Notes: generated by a model not told the origin, from the sequence alone. Counted from the first letter of the whole stretch, positions 44,595-63,756 are shown. The stretch is DNA of 63,882 nucleotides, filler included, from Collodictyon triciliatum (GCA_043381765.1; 4 parts of 4 records of this genome joined end to end with filler, not necessarily neighbours in it), one strand, 5' to 3'. Made by a program: numbers and translations.

Positions 44595-47500
44595 TTAGGA
44601 AAGCAGGCCTTTGATGCGCTTCTGAATCTTCATTTGCTCCATTCTTATTTGCTCCAGTAAGTTCGCCTGGGGTGTAAGGGACAAATGGTCAGGGTGCGTT
44701 CGGCTTTTCTTGGGGGAGTTGTAGCCAAGTTCGGGCCTCTGGCTGTAATCTGGACTTTGGACAGCAGGTTGTGGAGGCACGCGTGGATGTTGAAGAGCTA
44801 TCGCGCATGAGTCCGCAGTTTCATGGGCCTTTTGTAACTCCCGACTGAAATTTGTGATGGTGCTGTTGGTCGATTCCAAATCCAAGGACATAAGGTCGAA
44901 CTCGTCGACTGATTTCACAGGAGTGCGCCTAATCGTAGTGATTTTGCACAGATAAGCATCACCATCTCCAGTTCACTCAGTTGACCTCATGCAATTATCA
45001 CAAAGGTAATATGGCTTGTATGAGAGGATGTCACTCCTTCACACTAAAAGTATTAAAAACAAAACAAACAAAACAAAACAAAACAAAACAAACAAAACAA
45101 ACAAATAAAACAAATAAAACAAATAAAACAAATAAAACAAATAAAACAAATAAAACAAATAAAACAAATAAAACAAATAAACGCCAAAGATGCATGTCAT
45201 AAAAAAGGCTAAATCGATGGGGGTTATCAAGCAGAACCTGCTCATGGCATCTGGAGATGGATTGATAGACGAACACAATTCGAACGGAAATGATATTTTT
45301 TCATTAACGAGCAAATTTATATCTCCAAGCGTATCGATTCTTGTTTGAAGTGTGATAAGACTTAAACAGAAGCGGAAGGCCGCTAAGTTATTTGACCCTA
45401 TGCGTTGGTTATGCTGATATTACAGGAAAGGCATATCCAATACGACGAGAACAGCACATACAACTAAAAAAAGAGAAGAAAAAAAAAAAAGGACAATTCA
45501 TAATATCGGAAGGCGCAGGCTGTTACAAACTTGAATGATAAAACCAATCTCTAGCCTGAAGAAACTTTTGACTCAACCCAGACCGGAAAGAATACTGCTC
45601 CAATGTTGAACTGCCGACGTTGGCCACGAAATTATGATAGAAAGACGCATATGGATCGAGGCATGTGTCGATGTCTTAAAATATTTATATTAGGGTATAT
45701 TTCAAAAAAAAAAAAAAAAGAGAAGAGGTTAATACTTTAAATGAAAGTTTTTTTTCTCCCGCTCTATGCATGCAAAACAAATGAAAGACGTCATATGATA
45801 TCAGATAACTTTTGAACCATTACTGTACAATTAGAAGTTTATGACATTCAAAAAAAAAAAAGTAAAGAAAGGTGGCATACTAATTATGGTTCATCATACC
45901 ATGGTAGACACTGATTCTGCAATCCTGTAGCAATCTAGCATAAGATTCTGAATTTCTCGGTGATGGGGAGCCTATCAAATTCATAAATTAAAACCAATAC
46001 AAGGGATGCGGTGTTTATAAGTGGATGAATGTAAATAGTTGGATGTAAAATGGAATCGTGAGTATCAATCAATTAAACATTTAGTATTAATATGGCTTAA
46101 TTCGTTTATACATTGGTGGATAGTCTTGATGTAAAGTGATTCTTCGACGTCAATCGGTGAAAATAGGGCCGTATTATCTCTGTAAATATTCTCCACACGG
46201 AGAGCTAGAGAGCCAATCATCTCATTCCAAACTTCAATGAGAGATGACGGTTTTGGAACTTCATCCTCTGGATAGTCAAAGAAATATTGTTGCCAAGACG
46301 TCACGAACGGATTTAGCTGTTCGAATATCGTTTCTGGATTATGATTAAGTTTAGAAATTCTGATTCCTGGACTCAACGCTCTCTAAGAACAGGCATTATT
46401 GGCCCTAATTTCTTCATATCATTCATGAAGAGGAGATAACCTCTCAAATGGTAGAGATGCCAGCTATTGAACGGACACGAATTTCCTTCGGCAATTCTCA
46501 AAATAGCCATGTAGTGCGTTTGTACACAGTCCTTTAACAAATATTGAGAAGAGAATGTGATTTCAATTCAATCAGACGCGAAACAAGAAGACAAACGAGT
46601 CCCGGTGAGAAATAAAGAAAAGAAAAGAAAAAGAGAAAGAAAAATAGAAAATAGAAAATAGAAAAAAGAAAAAGAAAAAGAAAAAGAAAAAGAGAAAGAG
46701 AAAGAGAAAGAGAAAGAGAAAGAGAAAGAGAAAGAGAAANNNNNNNNNNNNNNNNNNNNNNNNNNNNNNNNNNNNNNNNNNNNTTAATTAATTAANNNNN
46801 NNNNNNNNNNNNNNNNNNNNNNNNNNNNNNNNNNNNNNNTAGATGAATAGATGAATAGATGAATAGATGAATAGATGAATAGATGAATAGATGAATAGAT
46901 GAATAGATGAATAGATGAATAGATGAATAGATGAATAGATGAATAGATGAATAGATGAATGTTCATAATAATATAACCTTCATGTGGGACGTGATGGGGA
47001 AGCTCAGTATCTTCATGNNNNNNNNNNNNNNNNNNNNNNNNNNNNNNNNNNNNNNNNNNNNNNNNNNNNNNNNNNNNNNNNNNNNNNNNNNNNNNNNNNN
47101 NNNNNNNNNNNNNNNNNNNNNNNNNNNNNNNNNNNNNNNNNNNNNNNNNNNNNNNNNNNNNNNNNNNNNNNNNNNNNNNNNNNNNNNNNNNNNNNNNNNN
47201 NNNNNNNNNNNNNNNNNNNNNNNNNNNNNNNNNNNNNNNNNNNNNNNNNNNNNNNNNNNNNNNNNNNNNNNNNNNNNNNNNNNNNNNNNNNNNAAAGAGA
47301 AAAGAGAAAAGAGAAAGAGAAAGAGAAAGAGAAAGGAAGTTTCGTACCCAATTCTCATATATATTATAATCAATCAAGTTTAGCGCGGAGGATGATATCA
47401 CATCTTGCGGATTCCATTGGTTTCTTTCCTCAAACTGTGGGATTGCAATAGAAAATCGTATTTTTCATGTAATTTTTTTCATCCCGCTTTTCTCCCTTTA

Positions 47501-50500
47501 TTTTCTAATAATAACTCTGATAAGCAATCATCTTTGAAGTTTCCTCTAAAGAGGCATACCTCCAATTCTGAGTTTAGTCGAAGGATGATAAGTTTCTTCT
47601 CATCAAAATACGCGGAAGAAATCAGTTTCTCAAATCGTTCATTTCTAAATGCAATTTTTGTAGTGTCTATTTACTAATAAGTCCTAATCGTATTCAAATA
47701 CATATATTTATGCGCAATTCTAAATAAAACTCTCCTTACATTCTTGACAAATCTTCAAAGTCAAAAAAGGTAAATACAATCGCAGTGCTTGTGAGAATGT
47801 CACTCTGCAAAAAAAAAAAATAATAATTCATTTTCAAAATAAAAAATTAACTTTAAATTGAGTTCTAAAATCATATAACCCCGTAATTTAAAAGTTGAAT
47901 ATTGTCATATTTCATTTGAGAGGAGATTTCCTCTCCTTACCTCGTCAATATTCCTTGTCATCACGACCTGAAAGACGACTTCGCTGGGATTCTGAACATT
48001 CTCTTTTGTGTCTTCAATCAAGTGGATTGTATAATAGAATGAATCTATTGGGCAATTAACTGTCAGTATTTCATTCAATAAATAAAATTTTAACTAATTT
48101 TCTCCATTTGATTTGTTCCATTACTTCTATACCTTAAAATATGTACAATTATCATATATAATACCATTGTCATATGCGTGAAATTCAAAATCTTCTTTGC
48201 AATCGCCAAGCAGTCCATCTACAAAAGTTTTGAAGCTTTTCCCGGCATTAAGGAACAGACATACACCTCTTTTATTATTGTTCAAGGTACAGATATCTTG
48301 GTAATTTAAATCAAATGCAACGCCTCACCAAGAATTGTCTCCAGGAATCCAATCTTGAGGAGCACAAAAGGAAATCTAAGAAAGAAAATAAAATAGATAA
48401 AGATAAAAATAAAAATAAAACATGGTATTCAGGTCAGGCAACATAAATAATATTGCATTTATTAAGGAAATATGAAGCACATGTTAATTAAATATCATAC
48501 TTTTCCATATGTGAGCGGAATTTTTTCATTATAAGTCCGGAAATCCACAATCAATTCACCAAGTGGGAAAGGTTGAGAGGATTGACATAAAGCCATTTCT
48601 TGTAACTCCTAGATTTTTTTTTTTTTTTAGAAACCCCCCAAAAAAGTTAGATGATGAAAAACAATTGGTTGTATTTCGCAAGGCTGTGTATAGTGCATAT
48701 GATTTAATGCGTTGAGATGAGCACTATACTTTGCAGGACTTTTCTATTTCGAGTTGGCGTGTGTAGCGCTGAATGATTAGCTCCTAATTTTTTTTTTTAT
48801 AATAAACTAAGTGAAATTAAATAAGGGGAAGAAAACACCGAATTCCAACTTTTCCGACTAAACTATCAGAACGAAAACTATTTTATCATCTATAAACATA
48901 AAGGGAAAGGATATATATTACAAAATTGCATGACATGATTGATAAATTTGGTTGTTTCTTATACTTTGAGATCTATGGTGTTGATTTGGGTGGTTGAGTC
49001 TTCTTCTATAGGTTGATCATCCTCTTTGACGACATCCTGAGCTTCATGATTTAAGGAGTTGCTTGTTGGCACAGATGAATTAGGACCATTAAACAGTGGC
49101 GAATTCATTGAAGGAAATGAAAAATGCGCCACAGGTTGAAATTGATTAAATGAGAATTGTGAAGGTAGTATTTCATTCAGGGGCTGTTGAGAAAATGAAA
49201 ATGTTGCTGGCTGTGTCTCCTGCTGACGTAATTGTTCAGAGGGAATAACTGTACTCCCTACACGTGATTGCAAATGTATTCAAGTTAATTTGCTAACAAT
49301 CATATGACGAGATTGATATAGCTTCTTTCATTTGTAGCTCCCTCTCTTGCAATCAAAATAATAGTTTGATTGTGTCTTACAAGAATGTTAAACATATTCA
49401 AAATATGGCTATTCGATTGATGGGAAATATCTTTTGAGCTAAACCTTCACTTCGATCTATTAAACCTCCATTAATCGCTGGGCTGACAAGTTCGTTGTTT
49501 TGAGGAAATTGGTTGACAAAGTCTCCAAACTTTGGCAATAAAATGGTATTTGATCTTTTTGGATCAATTTTCTTAACATCATCTGTACTCGCAGAAGTTG
49601 TCGAGTTTGCTGGACTGGCGGTAGGTTTTCCTGGTTCTGGTAATTGCGATGCAGACAATATCGGAGGTCTAAGAGGTGAGTTCTCTTGGATGACATGTAA
49701 CTGAGGTTGCGAAGTAGATGAAGGCGAAGCAACAGTTGTTCCCATCGCTTTATGGATACCCTTTGGTACCACAGATGTGATGACAGCATGAGGACGTTGA
49801 TCGAGTTTCATAGTCTTCATATATTTCACTGGCTGGTTGATATACTTTGATGGGAGCTTCAGATCCTCAAAAAATTCCTTATTAAGTTTGGAATCCACAA
49901 GCTCGTATGATGGAGTCCAGGAGACTAGAGTCAAATGTAAAAATTTAATCCTCGGCGATTATGATTGAAATTATTTATTTTTTTTAAAAAAGGAAACACA
50001 ATGAAAATATATGAAAATAAATAAATAATAAAAACTAATACATGAATAAAAGTTAAAATTAAAATAAGCACATTATAAATATTGTATGGTTGTTTTGTAA
50101 GCGTAACAACATATCGACGAATTAACTGGTTGAAGGGCCATCTTGTTGGGATTCGAGGTACTTGAATTTATTGTACGTGTCAGCGCTTCGGGATTGGACG
50201 GGGTAAATAGACTTTTTGAAGAAAAGACAACAGAAATTTTAAGTTCATTTTAATATTCAAACAGTTTCGCCTGAAATTTCAGCGGAATAATATGATTTCA
50301 TATCAATTGAAAGAGGTAAAATAAGAAGGATTGATGCAATTACCAAGATTTTGTCCATTGTTTCTCGCATCGGTAGTGCCAGGCGATACATGACAACCGA
50401 CATGATGTAGTCATCGGTGTTTTGAATGATTCGGAAAAACCGAGGAGCATTTTTCGTATATGCGCACAGCATGAACTATTATAACGTTTGGTTTTTCTCT

Positions 50501-53500
50501 TTTTCTCCTTCTTAAGGAATTGACAAGTAAAAAAAAAAAAATGCAATTTATAAAATTTAGGTGAATGCATTGAGAATGGGAAAGGAGCATTTTGCAAGTA
50601 TTTCATCTAACCTGAAATGCTTGCTCACTATACTGTCTATGTATGTTTCCTGATTGAAGATGAGAATAGTCTCGAAACAGAATACAATAGTAATTCATAA
50701 ATTGATCTTTGTTTGGAAGAATGTAGCCAGAGTCTGTGAAAATCTTGTCTAAAACAAACACAGTGAAAGAATAAAAAAAAAATTAAAAATTAAAATAATA
50801 AGACAGTGTGCTTTCCATATTTATGAGTAATATGGTAAGTATGAATTAAATAACACTTAATCTTGGTTTGTACGTTTCAAGAACATTTGATAAATATATT
50901 GTGATATGCATACAGCTTTCTATCAGAGAAGACATTAGGTTGGGTAAGATTGTAGATATATCTTTTCTCTGGCTCTCTGAAAACGATAATTTTGCAGTTT
51001 CGTACTCACAGTGGATCACTGACAAAACCAAGTGAGATTTATTTAGAAAATTAAAATTCAAAATACGGCACACTGCCTTGCACGAGTTAATGATATTAAA
51101 ACCAAAGCATCTACTTTATAATTGCTAGAATTTCAAACAAACATACCCAATTTGATCATGGATTCTATTATGTCGATATGGGTGTATGTGAGAGGGTTTG
51201 TTTGCCATTTCAACTCTATGTTAATTGATCGAATTCGGTCAAAGATGAATTGAAACAGTTCCAAGTCATTTTTGCTTCCGTAAGTATCGGCAAGAAAGAT
51301 TAGATAGTTGACTGTTTCTGCCAGAGAATGCAATGATCTTGTATTTGAACTGTTGACCAGATTATCGTTGGACGATCTCTGTGAGAAGGGTTGAAAGTTT
51401 GTCATTAACCTTCTTTGACAAATAAGCGTCATGCATGTGACAATACGGATAAGCTCAAGAAAAATTATAAATACCAGATTGCAGATCTAATATACATATA
51501 TATATTTACCAAAAATTCATTCACAAATATGCACTTTTTTGTGTGGACAAGTTTCCCGCCGGGTTGGGAAATAGGCTATTTCGTATATTTTTTTTAATCG
51601 CGACCCAAATTATATAGATAGAAGCAAAAACTATATGTAGGTATATTTCTTATTTGCTCCATAACGAATCACGTACTCTTTCATAACAATGGCTTTGGTT
51701 TTCTGAAATCCTTCTCACTTGGCTGCACATCCCATCAAAGACTCCCTATTATGAATCAGTCCAACAAGTTGTAAGCCTTTTTTTATAAGATAATTTATGA
51801 TATCCTTTCTGATAAATGTAAAAAGGTAGTATGATTTGTTGGCACACACTCTTCTGATTTGTTCGTTTGTTGTAATCTCAACATCAAATAGAGTTTCCCC
51901 CGAGAAGTCTTTTTTTCCATCTAGAGAGGGGTTTATAAAATTATTATAAAAACCCATCAAGTCCTTGATTCTTTTCACTTTAAAAATACTTTATCTTCAA
52001 CATTTCTCAGATATAAGTAAAACCAATACCTTTTTCGACCTGTCCAATTTTCTCCTTTGCTGGCTCATTTTTTGCAGGGATGAATCTGCATTTTAGAAAA
52101 TATTTGTACCTTAAGGTTACTAAAACACCAATTGAATAAAAATCGACTCATGTGCAAAATCTTTTTTCATTTGAATGGATAATTGAAAACCAGGGCATGT
52201 CCGGTAACTGAAACTAAGGGAGAAAATACGGCGATGTGTTTTCGATATTAATTTTGTGTTTCATTATATTACGTCTTGGATATAGAATTCTTTTGAGCTG
52301 CAGTTTTTGGTATCAAGGAAGAAATCTTGATGTTTGCTGGTGACGGTTTCTCTTTGGCTTGTTTTTGAATCTGTACATTTGGAGCCGTTTTATTTCCCAT
52401 TTTTTCCCCTTCCTCCAAGATTGGTTTCGCAATGGCTTCGCTCCTCACCCCGTGGGTATATTTGTTGCCAGCTATGGATAACAAAGAGACGAATAAATTT
52501 ATCATGTAAGCAATAAAAATTGAAAGCATCAGCAATGTCTATTGATGAAATTCGCCAACTGGTGTCGCTATTTTGATCAACTATGAATAAAGTGGAAACT
52601 AGGATTATACAAAGAAACGGAGTCTTCTGGATTCCCTCAGAAGCTGCAGCATTTGCTTGTGACTTCAAGCGCGGATATATAATATTTTTTGGTTGAATGT
52701 GTTCCCAATCCTCATCCTCCGCAGGTGGGTAGTTCTCGTCATCTTCAAAGTCATCTTCATATTGGTAATCAGGGTCTGCAGTATAGGCATTCCTATCGTA
52801 TTTTGAATCCGTGTATGTTCTTTTCTGTTTGGGAAAGCTATGTCCTTCAATGGAGGGTTTCATCGGTTCTTTGTGTATCGTCGGGAGAGGGAGTATGGAG
52901 CCTTTGTTCGCTGTCGCTTTGAGAATATTCGACGCAAGAGGTGATTGAACAACTTTGGAGGATTCATCAAGAGAGGGCCTCTCCGCCTGGGTCTCCTCTA
53001 CAGAAGGCATGGAGTAAACGTGTGATTTTCATATTTTACATTTTCATGGACATAATGATTGAAGAAGTGAGCGAATAAGAAATGATGTAATTATTGAATC
53101 CTTTTTCTACATGAAAGATTTATTGCCAAGAAAACAAGATTTTAGTCAATTTTATATAACATATAGTTCAAATAATAGTCGAATAATTTATGTGTATTTT
53201 TTTTAAAAAAAAATTTTTTTTTTAATAAGAGAATACTTTCATGGAACCACTTGATCATTAATTTGGTCTTTGGTGGGAACATTTTGCCGAGAGATTTTGC
53301 CTTTTCAGCTGATTTCTACATGATGTCATGTTTACGATGTTACAAGCTAGACAAAGATATATGAAATGTTGAGCTTATATCTATTTCATGATTCCATCAA
53401 TAGGATGGGAAATGAGTATGTACTCTTGTGCACAAAACGTTTTGGTGATATACTTACCCTGTCCGAAAATGTCACTGAGATAGAGCCGCTGGTACCCACA

Positions 53501-55295
53501 CTCTGAAGGCTTTCTACATGTCCAAAATTCTCGAAATGGCTCATTATCCTACAAATGCATAATTTTGGCTCCTTTCTACCTTTTTTTTTTTTTTTGTAGT
53601 TAACAAATAAACCCATAAAATAAAAAATGCAATTTCTCGAATATCCACGAACTCATTTTTCTTTGTTGTTAAGGGTATCCCATGAACAAAAAGCTTCCTA
53701 TTTGTATTCTTGTTTGCAAAATTGAGTGTATAGTGGTGAGATTCTTTGGCATTGTTGAACGGAAAGATGCACGTCCATTAAAATGTAAGCAAATATAACA
53801 AAGTAGTATGTTCAAGCGGTTATAGGGATTATTTAGATACATATCAATATGTTACTTCAAGAGGTGCCTCGTTTTTTGGTGCAGGAACCCTGATTGCGAA
53901 AATGTGTTCGAATGTGAACGAAAGTTGGTATATCTGAGAAAAGTAATAAAGCAGAAAATATTGTTTATATCATATGAGAATGAGTCATACTCGTGATGTG
54001 TTGAGATTGGGGGTCTCTTTAATGGTTCGTTTGAAATGTATATCGGTGCATACGTAGATGTTTCTGAATAAGACAATTTTTTTAAATAAGAAAATAAACT
54101 GTAGATTGCAAAGGAAGAATTCGAGACTGTATCATTCTTTATGTTCTAATTGACTTACATATAAATGCAAAACATTCGCGCAAGTCCGACTTCAAGCTTT
54201 TACAAACCAAACTCACAAACCTTTTACTTCACCAAATGTTATGGACCCATCGTCATCCATACTAACGTCCAAACTGCCATCTTGCGTAGATCGTTCCTTT
54301 AGATGACCAGAATAGTGAAGCGGTTCATGAACATACGAAGGCGACCGAAAGGGCGTCATCACGGAGTCTTCCCCGATGTAAGTTGTTCTTGGTTGCCTTC
54401 TGCGCTCTTGTTGGAATCTTGTTTGAGTACTGTCGACAGAATCGCCAACCAAGCTGTGGGGCATTGTCATCCTGGAGCCGTCTGCATGTGACCCTACAAA
54501 TGGTGTATTTTGACCGCTCCCCTGCATAATCACAGGCTTTTTGAATTGGGAGTTTCTCAGGGAAATACTGTCCCTCTTCTGGCTGTTATCTCCATGTGGT
54601 TGGATGTTTTGTCGATGTCCCTTCGGTTGCCAGTCAACCATACTCTCGCCGTGTTGGGTTGGCGGTTTGGATTGCAGGTGTGTCTGCACATTCATTCGGT
54701 GGAAGGGGATCGGGGCTTTAAAGGGTGTTTGACTCTGCTGTGGCCCATGTGCGTAATCATGGATTGTACGAACGACTCCTTGGGTCGACCTCGTTTGATT
54801 ATTTTGTTGGCGATTTGAGTCTCCGGAGAAGGGTGTACGTGAGGTAGAGTCTTGCATGATATCATGTCGGATACGCTGCTGCGTTGGCGCTAGATTCATG
54901 CGAAATTGAGACAAATGTTGACATTAATTATTTTTTCAATAAACTTCATGTTCTCCTCCATCCTTTCATCTCTCTTTTTCTTTCTTTCATTCTTACGCCT
55001 CTCTTGGGTGTGGGGTCTAGATCTGCATCGTCTGTGGGGGCACAGTTGAAACCGGTTGAATTGATGTCCCACGAGAAACGAAAAGAAAATGAAAGGAAAC
55101 GAAAAGAAAAGAAGAGAAGAAAAGAAAAGAAAAAAGAAAAGAAAAGAAAAGAAAAGAAAAGAAAAGAAAAGAAAAGAAAAGAAAAGAAAAGAAAAGAAAA
55201 GAAAAGAAAAGAAAAGAAAAGAAAAGGAGAAGCGTGTGTGTTTGAGACAGACCTCTTTGATATCCCGAGAAGGTGGATCGAGATCTATACTCCAT
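44595..55295 (-). CDS. SAC3/GANP (MCM3AP/Xmas-2-like) TREX-2 scaffold with an RRM
   Basis: SAC3-domain-like TRSLHSLAETVNYLI..FQFIFDRIRSINIELKWQ (cf. RPxxVLxKTxxYL..FLWDRxRSIRQD) and NAPRFFRII..YIMSVVM; RRM-like IMSHFENFGHVESL..ISVTFSD; disordered N-terminus. Continuity across the gaps at 46740-47293 is assumed. Confidence 0.75.
45058..45181. repeat. (AAAC)/(AAATAAAAC)n microsatellite
   Basis: Seen directly. Confidence 0.9.
46740..46839. other. Scaffolding spacer N-TTAATTAATTAA-N
   Basis: Artificial spacer. Confidence 0.95.
46840..46960. repeat. (AGATGAAT)n microsatellite
   Basis: About 15 copies seen directly. Confidence 0.95.
47018..47293. other. Assembly gap (276 N)
   Basis: N run. Confidence 1.
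55118..55225. repeat. (GAAAA)n intronic microsatellite
   Basis: Seen directly. Confidence 0.95.
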
Positions 55296-56290
55296 CGACT
55301 TTGGAGATTGGCGGGCAGTCAGTGTCAAACAAGGCAGTTTCTGGGAAGGACTCCTATGTTTCAGTAGGTGAGCGCTGAGACAAGTGGGTTCTCTACTTCA
55401 AGTGTGGAGTGAGACACCGGGTCTTGTCTCGGATTTTTTGTTGGATTTGCGGATGGCAGCCTGACTTTTGATCACTGCTCTGTGTGCTGCGTGATCGATG
55501 ATTCCGTGCTTAAGCTACGGTATATACCCACAATGAGATTTTGATGTCGACAATAAAGACGGTCTCGGGAGCGCCTCTATGGAGAAAAGTGTTATGCAGC
55601 CCTTTCGTCCGAAGAAACACACGAACATGTCGGCATAATTCAATTCCAAAAGGAGTAGAAGGGGCGATTCGTAAAATTGGAAACTTTCCGTCGAATTTAT
55701 GCACATATGGACAATGCGGTATTCGAAGCAGGCCATGCATGCTATTGGAGACCTTGTTTCCAAGAACTGTTTCCTTTTTCTCTCTTTCTTTTTCGCGCGC
55801 GGCGCTCTTTGTGGAAAGGGAAACAAAATGGAAAAATTGAGTGCAAGAAAACAAGGCAAACTTGGGCCTGTTGCGAGACCCAATCTTTAGCGCCACCTTT
55901 CAATTCCAAGGTGCACCCATTTACGCGAAGCAGAAAAATCCTTAGCGGCGAAAGGCGTGAAGCAAGAGAGAGCGAGACAGAATCAGAAAGCAAAACGCCA
56001 CTTCATAAACAGGGGCGCACGAACTCGGCTCCAGCAAGAACAAACCAATAATTCACGCAAACCACACGCAACCCGTGTGTTATTCTACTTCCTCTCGCTT
56101 CTTGCCAACCAACTCAATTATCCTCCATGAGAATACACGGCACCTGGGCCGAATCGTGACACAGTCCCAAAGCCTGACTCTACATCCTCTTCTTGTCCGA
56201 TCGTCGGAAGGATCCGTGATTCAAGTCCAAGACAAACAGCCTCAGAAGCGCACTCATCAATCTCTAACAAAGACACCCTCTCAGGTTCGA

Positions 56291-60796
<4,506 letters not shown>

Positions 60797-61433
60797 CAGA
60801 CGGGATGACTCTCTTCCTTTTCCGCTTCTCTCTTTTTTCCTTTTCCGCTTCCGCTTCCCCCTTATTTCCTCTTTTTTTTTTCTCTCTCTCTCTCCCTATC
60901 TCTCTCACTCTCTCTTTCCTTTCTCGGCTTCTACTCAGTCTCCCACAGCCCCCTCGAACGGGCCGGCTGACAGGTGTGCCTCTGTCCCATCCCCACTTGG
61001 GTACACGATTTGTTCTCTGGTCATCTTCCGCACAGCCACCTCTTTGTTGCTTATCCGCCATCCGTCAAGAAAGGAGATAGAGTAGAAGGGAAGAAACGAA
61101 GAAGCGTACGCGATGCCAGGATATAAACGCCAAGCGTCCCATTACTCTCCCACAGAGGCTGTGCGGCCTTTGTGTCTGCATTTGAAATTCAAGAGTTTGA
61201 AAATTCAAACAGAGCAGAGATCGTAGATGGACGCACAATAATCATTTATTTATTTTTCTTAAGCCGGCCTCTTTTATTCTTCTCTTTTTTTTTTCCCCGT
61301 TTTTTTTCTTTATCACAGGGCTATTTTTACGCTCAACGTTATCTTCCAGCTCTTTTTGTTTTATTGTTGTCTGGTTGGGAGGATGCGACTGCGTAACCCA
61401 GAATAACACGGCTCAACAGATCGAGAGGGAAGA

Positions 61434-61521
61434 ATGGCCCAGAGCCCTCTCAATCCCACGGAGCTTCTGTCCCAGCTCCCACCTACACGAGAACTTGTGG
61501 ACTATTATCGCCATAGAATTG
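61434..61521 (+). CDS. First exon of a CCDC77-like coiled-coil protein; the rest is probably lost in the spacer gap
   Basis: MAQSPLNPTELLSQLPPTRELVDYYRHRI followed by a GTAAAT donor; resembles the CCDC77 N-terminal LxPSxELLEYYxxK/R motif. Only 29 codons. Confidence 0.55.
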
Positions 61522-61609
61522 GTAAATAAATTGTTGTTTTAAAGCTGTTGTGTTTTTTTTTCTTTTTTTCATTTTCTATTTTGTCATTTTGTCATTTTGT
61601 CATTTTTAT

Positions 61610-61725
61610 TTATATTTTTATTTTTATTTTTATTTTTATTTTTATTTTTATTTTTATTTTTATTTTTATTTTTATTTTTATTTTTATTTTTATTTTTATT
61701 TTTATTTTTATTTTTATTTTTATTT
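61610..61725. repeat. (TTTTTA)n microsatellite
   Basis: Seen directly. Confidence 0.95.
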
Positions 61726-61825
61726 NNNNNNNNNNNNNNNNNNNNNNNNNNNNNNNNNNNNNNNNNNNNTTAATTAATTAANNNNNNNNNNNNNNNNNNN
61801 NNNNNNNNNNNNNNNNNNNNNNNNN
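61726..61825. other. Scaffolding spacer N-TTAATTAATTAA-N
   Basis: Artificial spacer. Confidence 0.95.
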
Positions 61826-62316
61826 TTTATTGGTTTTTTTATTGGTTTTTTTATTGGTTTTTTTATTGGTTTTTTTATTGGTTTTTTTATTGGTTTTTTA
61901 TTGGTTTTTTTTTTGGTTTTTTTTTTGGTTTTTTTTTTGGTTTTTTTTTTTTTTTTTTTTTTGTTTTTTTTTTTGTTTTATTGGGGTTTCGTTTATTGGG
62001 TTTTTCATTTAATTTTATTGTTGCATATTTCTTTTTATCATTGGTTGGCACAAAGTTGGCGTATGCCACGAGGAGGCTTTGTCAGGCAGCCGGTCACGAT
62101 CTGGCCATTTGCTGTCACACTCCGGCGGTCTCTTTGCGCGTGGCAAGAAAGCCAACAGAAGGAGGTGGAACAAGTGCACAAGGCAGCACAGTAATGTCAG
62201 ACGACTCCGCTGTGGACTGAGTGAGCCTGCTTATGCGATGGGCTTTGCCGCTTTCCAAAACAACTAACGCATGCACCCTTTCAGTTTTTCATTCCCCTAG
62301 CTACAAGGCAACTCCA

Positions 62317-62720
62317 ATGAGCGGGAAGTCCTTCTTCGTCATTTATGCCATTGATCGACCTAACAGCGTGGCGCTTCGTATGGAGACTCGACCAAAGCAT
62401 CTGGAATATCTCAGCACCCAAGATGTTGTTCTTGCAGGTTGGATAACCTTTCTTTTATCTTTTTTCCCTTTCTTCACCTTTTTCTTTTCTTTTTCTTTTT
62501 CTTTTTCTTTTAGTGACCCTATTAACTCTTCATTGTAGGGCCCCTTTTCTCTGCCGATGGCCAATCCCCCGCAGGCTCGATGTTAGTAATTGCCGCAGAA
62601 TCCCTCGAGCAGGCGCAAAATGTTGCAGAGCGTGACCCTTACAACATAGCCGGGCTTTTCGAGTCTGTCCGAGTTTCACCGTGGAAGCCTACCATCAAGA
62701 ATGAATTGGGCCGTCTCTAG
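62317..62720 (+). CDS. YciI/YCII-related domain protein (about 100 aa)
   Basis: Exons 62317-62437 and 62539-62720 give FVIYAIDRPNSVALRMETRPKHLEYL..LAGPLF..GSMLV..DPYNIAGLFESVRVSPW, with the classic YciI RPxH, GP, GS and DPY motifs. Confidence 0.9.
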
Positions 62721-63045
62721 TTCAAAATAAACAGAAGCTTCACACTCCTTAAATACGAGATTAAAGTGAGAACTAGTCAAGAGACCGGCAGTCTGATGAG
62801 CTTGGTTGCATGTGTGGGTACACAAGAAAAAAAAGGAATACATACGCTCGCTTCTTTTTTGCTTTTTTTTTTTTTACTTTGGCACCCGCCAGAAAAGAGG
62901 AGAAAGTAGAACAGAACTATCTTTCGAACTATTTTGTGAAAATAGAATGTAGATATTCCCATGATGGATGTCGTTCACATAAACACCGAGAGAGAGAGAG
63001 AATGGTGAGTCTCTGTGTCTTTATCCGACAGAGTGGGCGACGGTT

Positions 63046-63635
63046 TTACAAAGACTCTCTGAATTCGTATGTCTGTGGAAGATACGAAGACATCTGCCTC
63101 AGGGCATTGCCCATGCGCGTGTCACACCTAAGAGAACATCGTAGGTCTTTGTTAGAATCTACTCTATTAATGACGCAGGGGTGGAAATTAAGAAATTGTG
63201 GAATATTATCGAATAAAGAAAAAAAAGTAGGTGTGGAATATTTTGGCTACTCCTCATTTGTGAATCACATTATGATGTGCCTTTTACTTTTTATTCTCTT
63301 TTTTTTTTAAAAAAAAAAAACAATTCATCTTTGGAGCTGGGTATTATTAGTCACTAGGAAGGTGGAAAGGTTCAAAATAGCATACATGAGGGTTTCCTCC
63401 AGAACGGCACTGCTGGCATAGTTGACTACCGGCCACGTTTCTTCGGGCTGTGTGTAACGATGTAAATATACGAACATGTAAGCCACAGAAGATGGCATAG
63501 AAAGAAGTCACTCATTATTGTCATATGGATTTGAATTAAATACAACACCGACCTGTAAGAACTTTCCAGTGAAGTAGTAATCACATCCATCCTCGGCCAG
63601 AGCTTTGAAGAAAAGAGCTTCACGGATGCCATTAT
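63046..63635 (-). CDS. 3' exons of an unidentified gene continuing beyond the window
   Basis: Three exons splice in frame: NGIREALFFKALAEDGCDYYFTGKFLQ / PEETWPVVNYASSAVLEETL / MCDTRMGNALRQMSSYLPQTYEFRESL*. Confidence 0.55.
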
Positions 63636-63717
63636 CTGTTGATGACGTGATTAGAATATAATTGAACTACTTCTTTTTCTCCCTTTGTTCGAATCAAGGG
63701 AAGGAGTGACATCTCTT

Positions 63718-63718
<1 letters not shown>

Positions 63719-63756
<38 letters not shown>

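Noticed and set aside
48900-48915. ATATCCTTT U12-type donor motif on the minus strand
   Set aside because: It lies inside an intron that already has a normal GT donor, and no exon ends there.
55791-55798. E2F-like TTTCGCGC site between SAC3/GANP and LCB2
   Set aside because: A single 8-mer in a GC-rich patch cannot be distinguished from chance.
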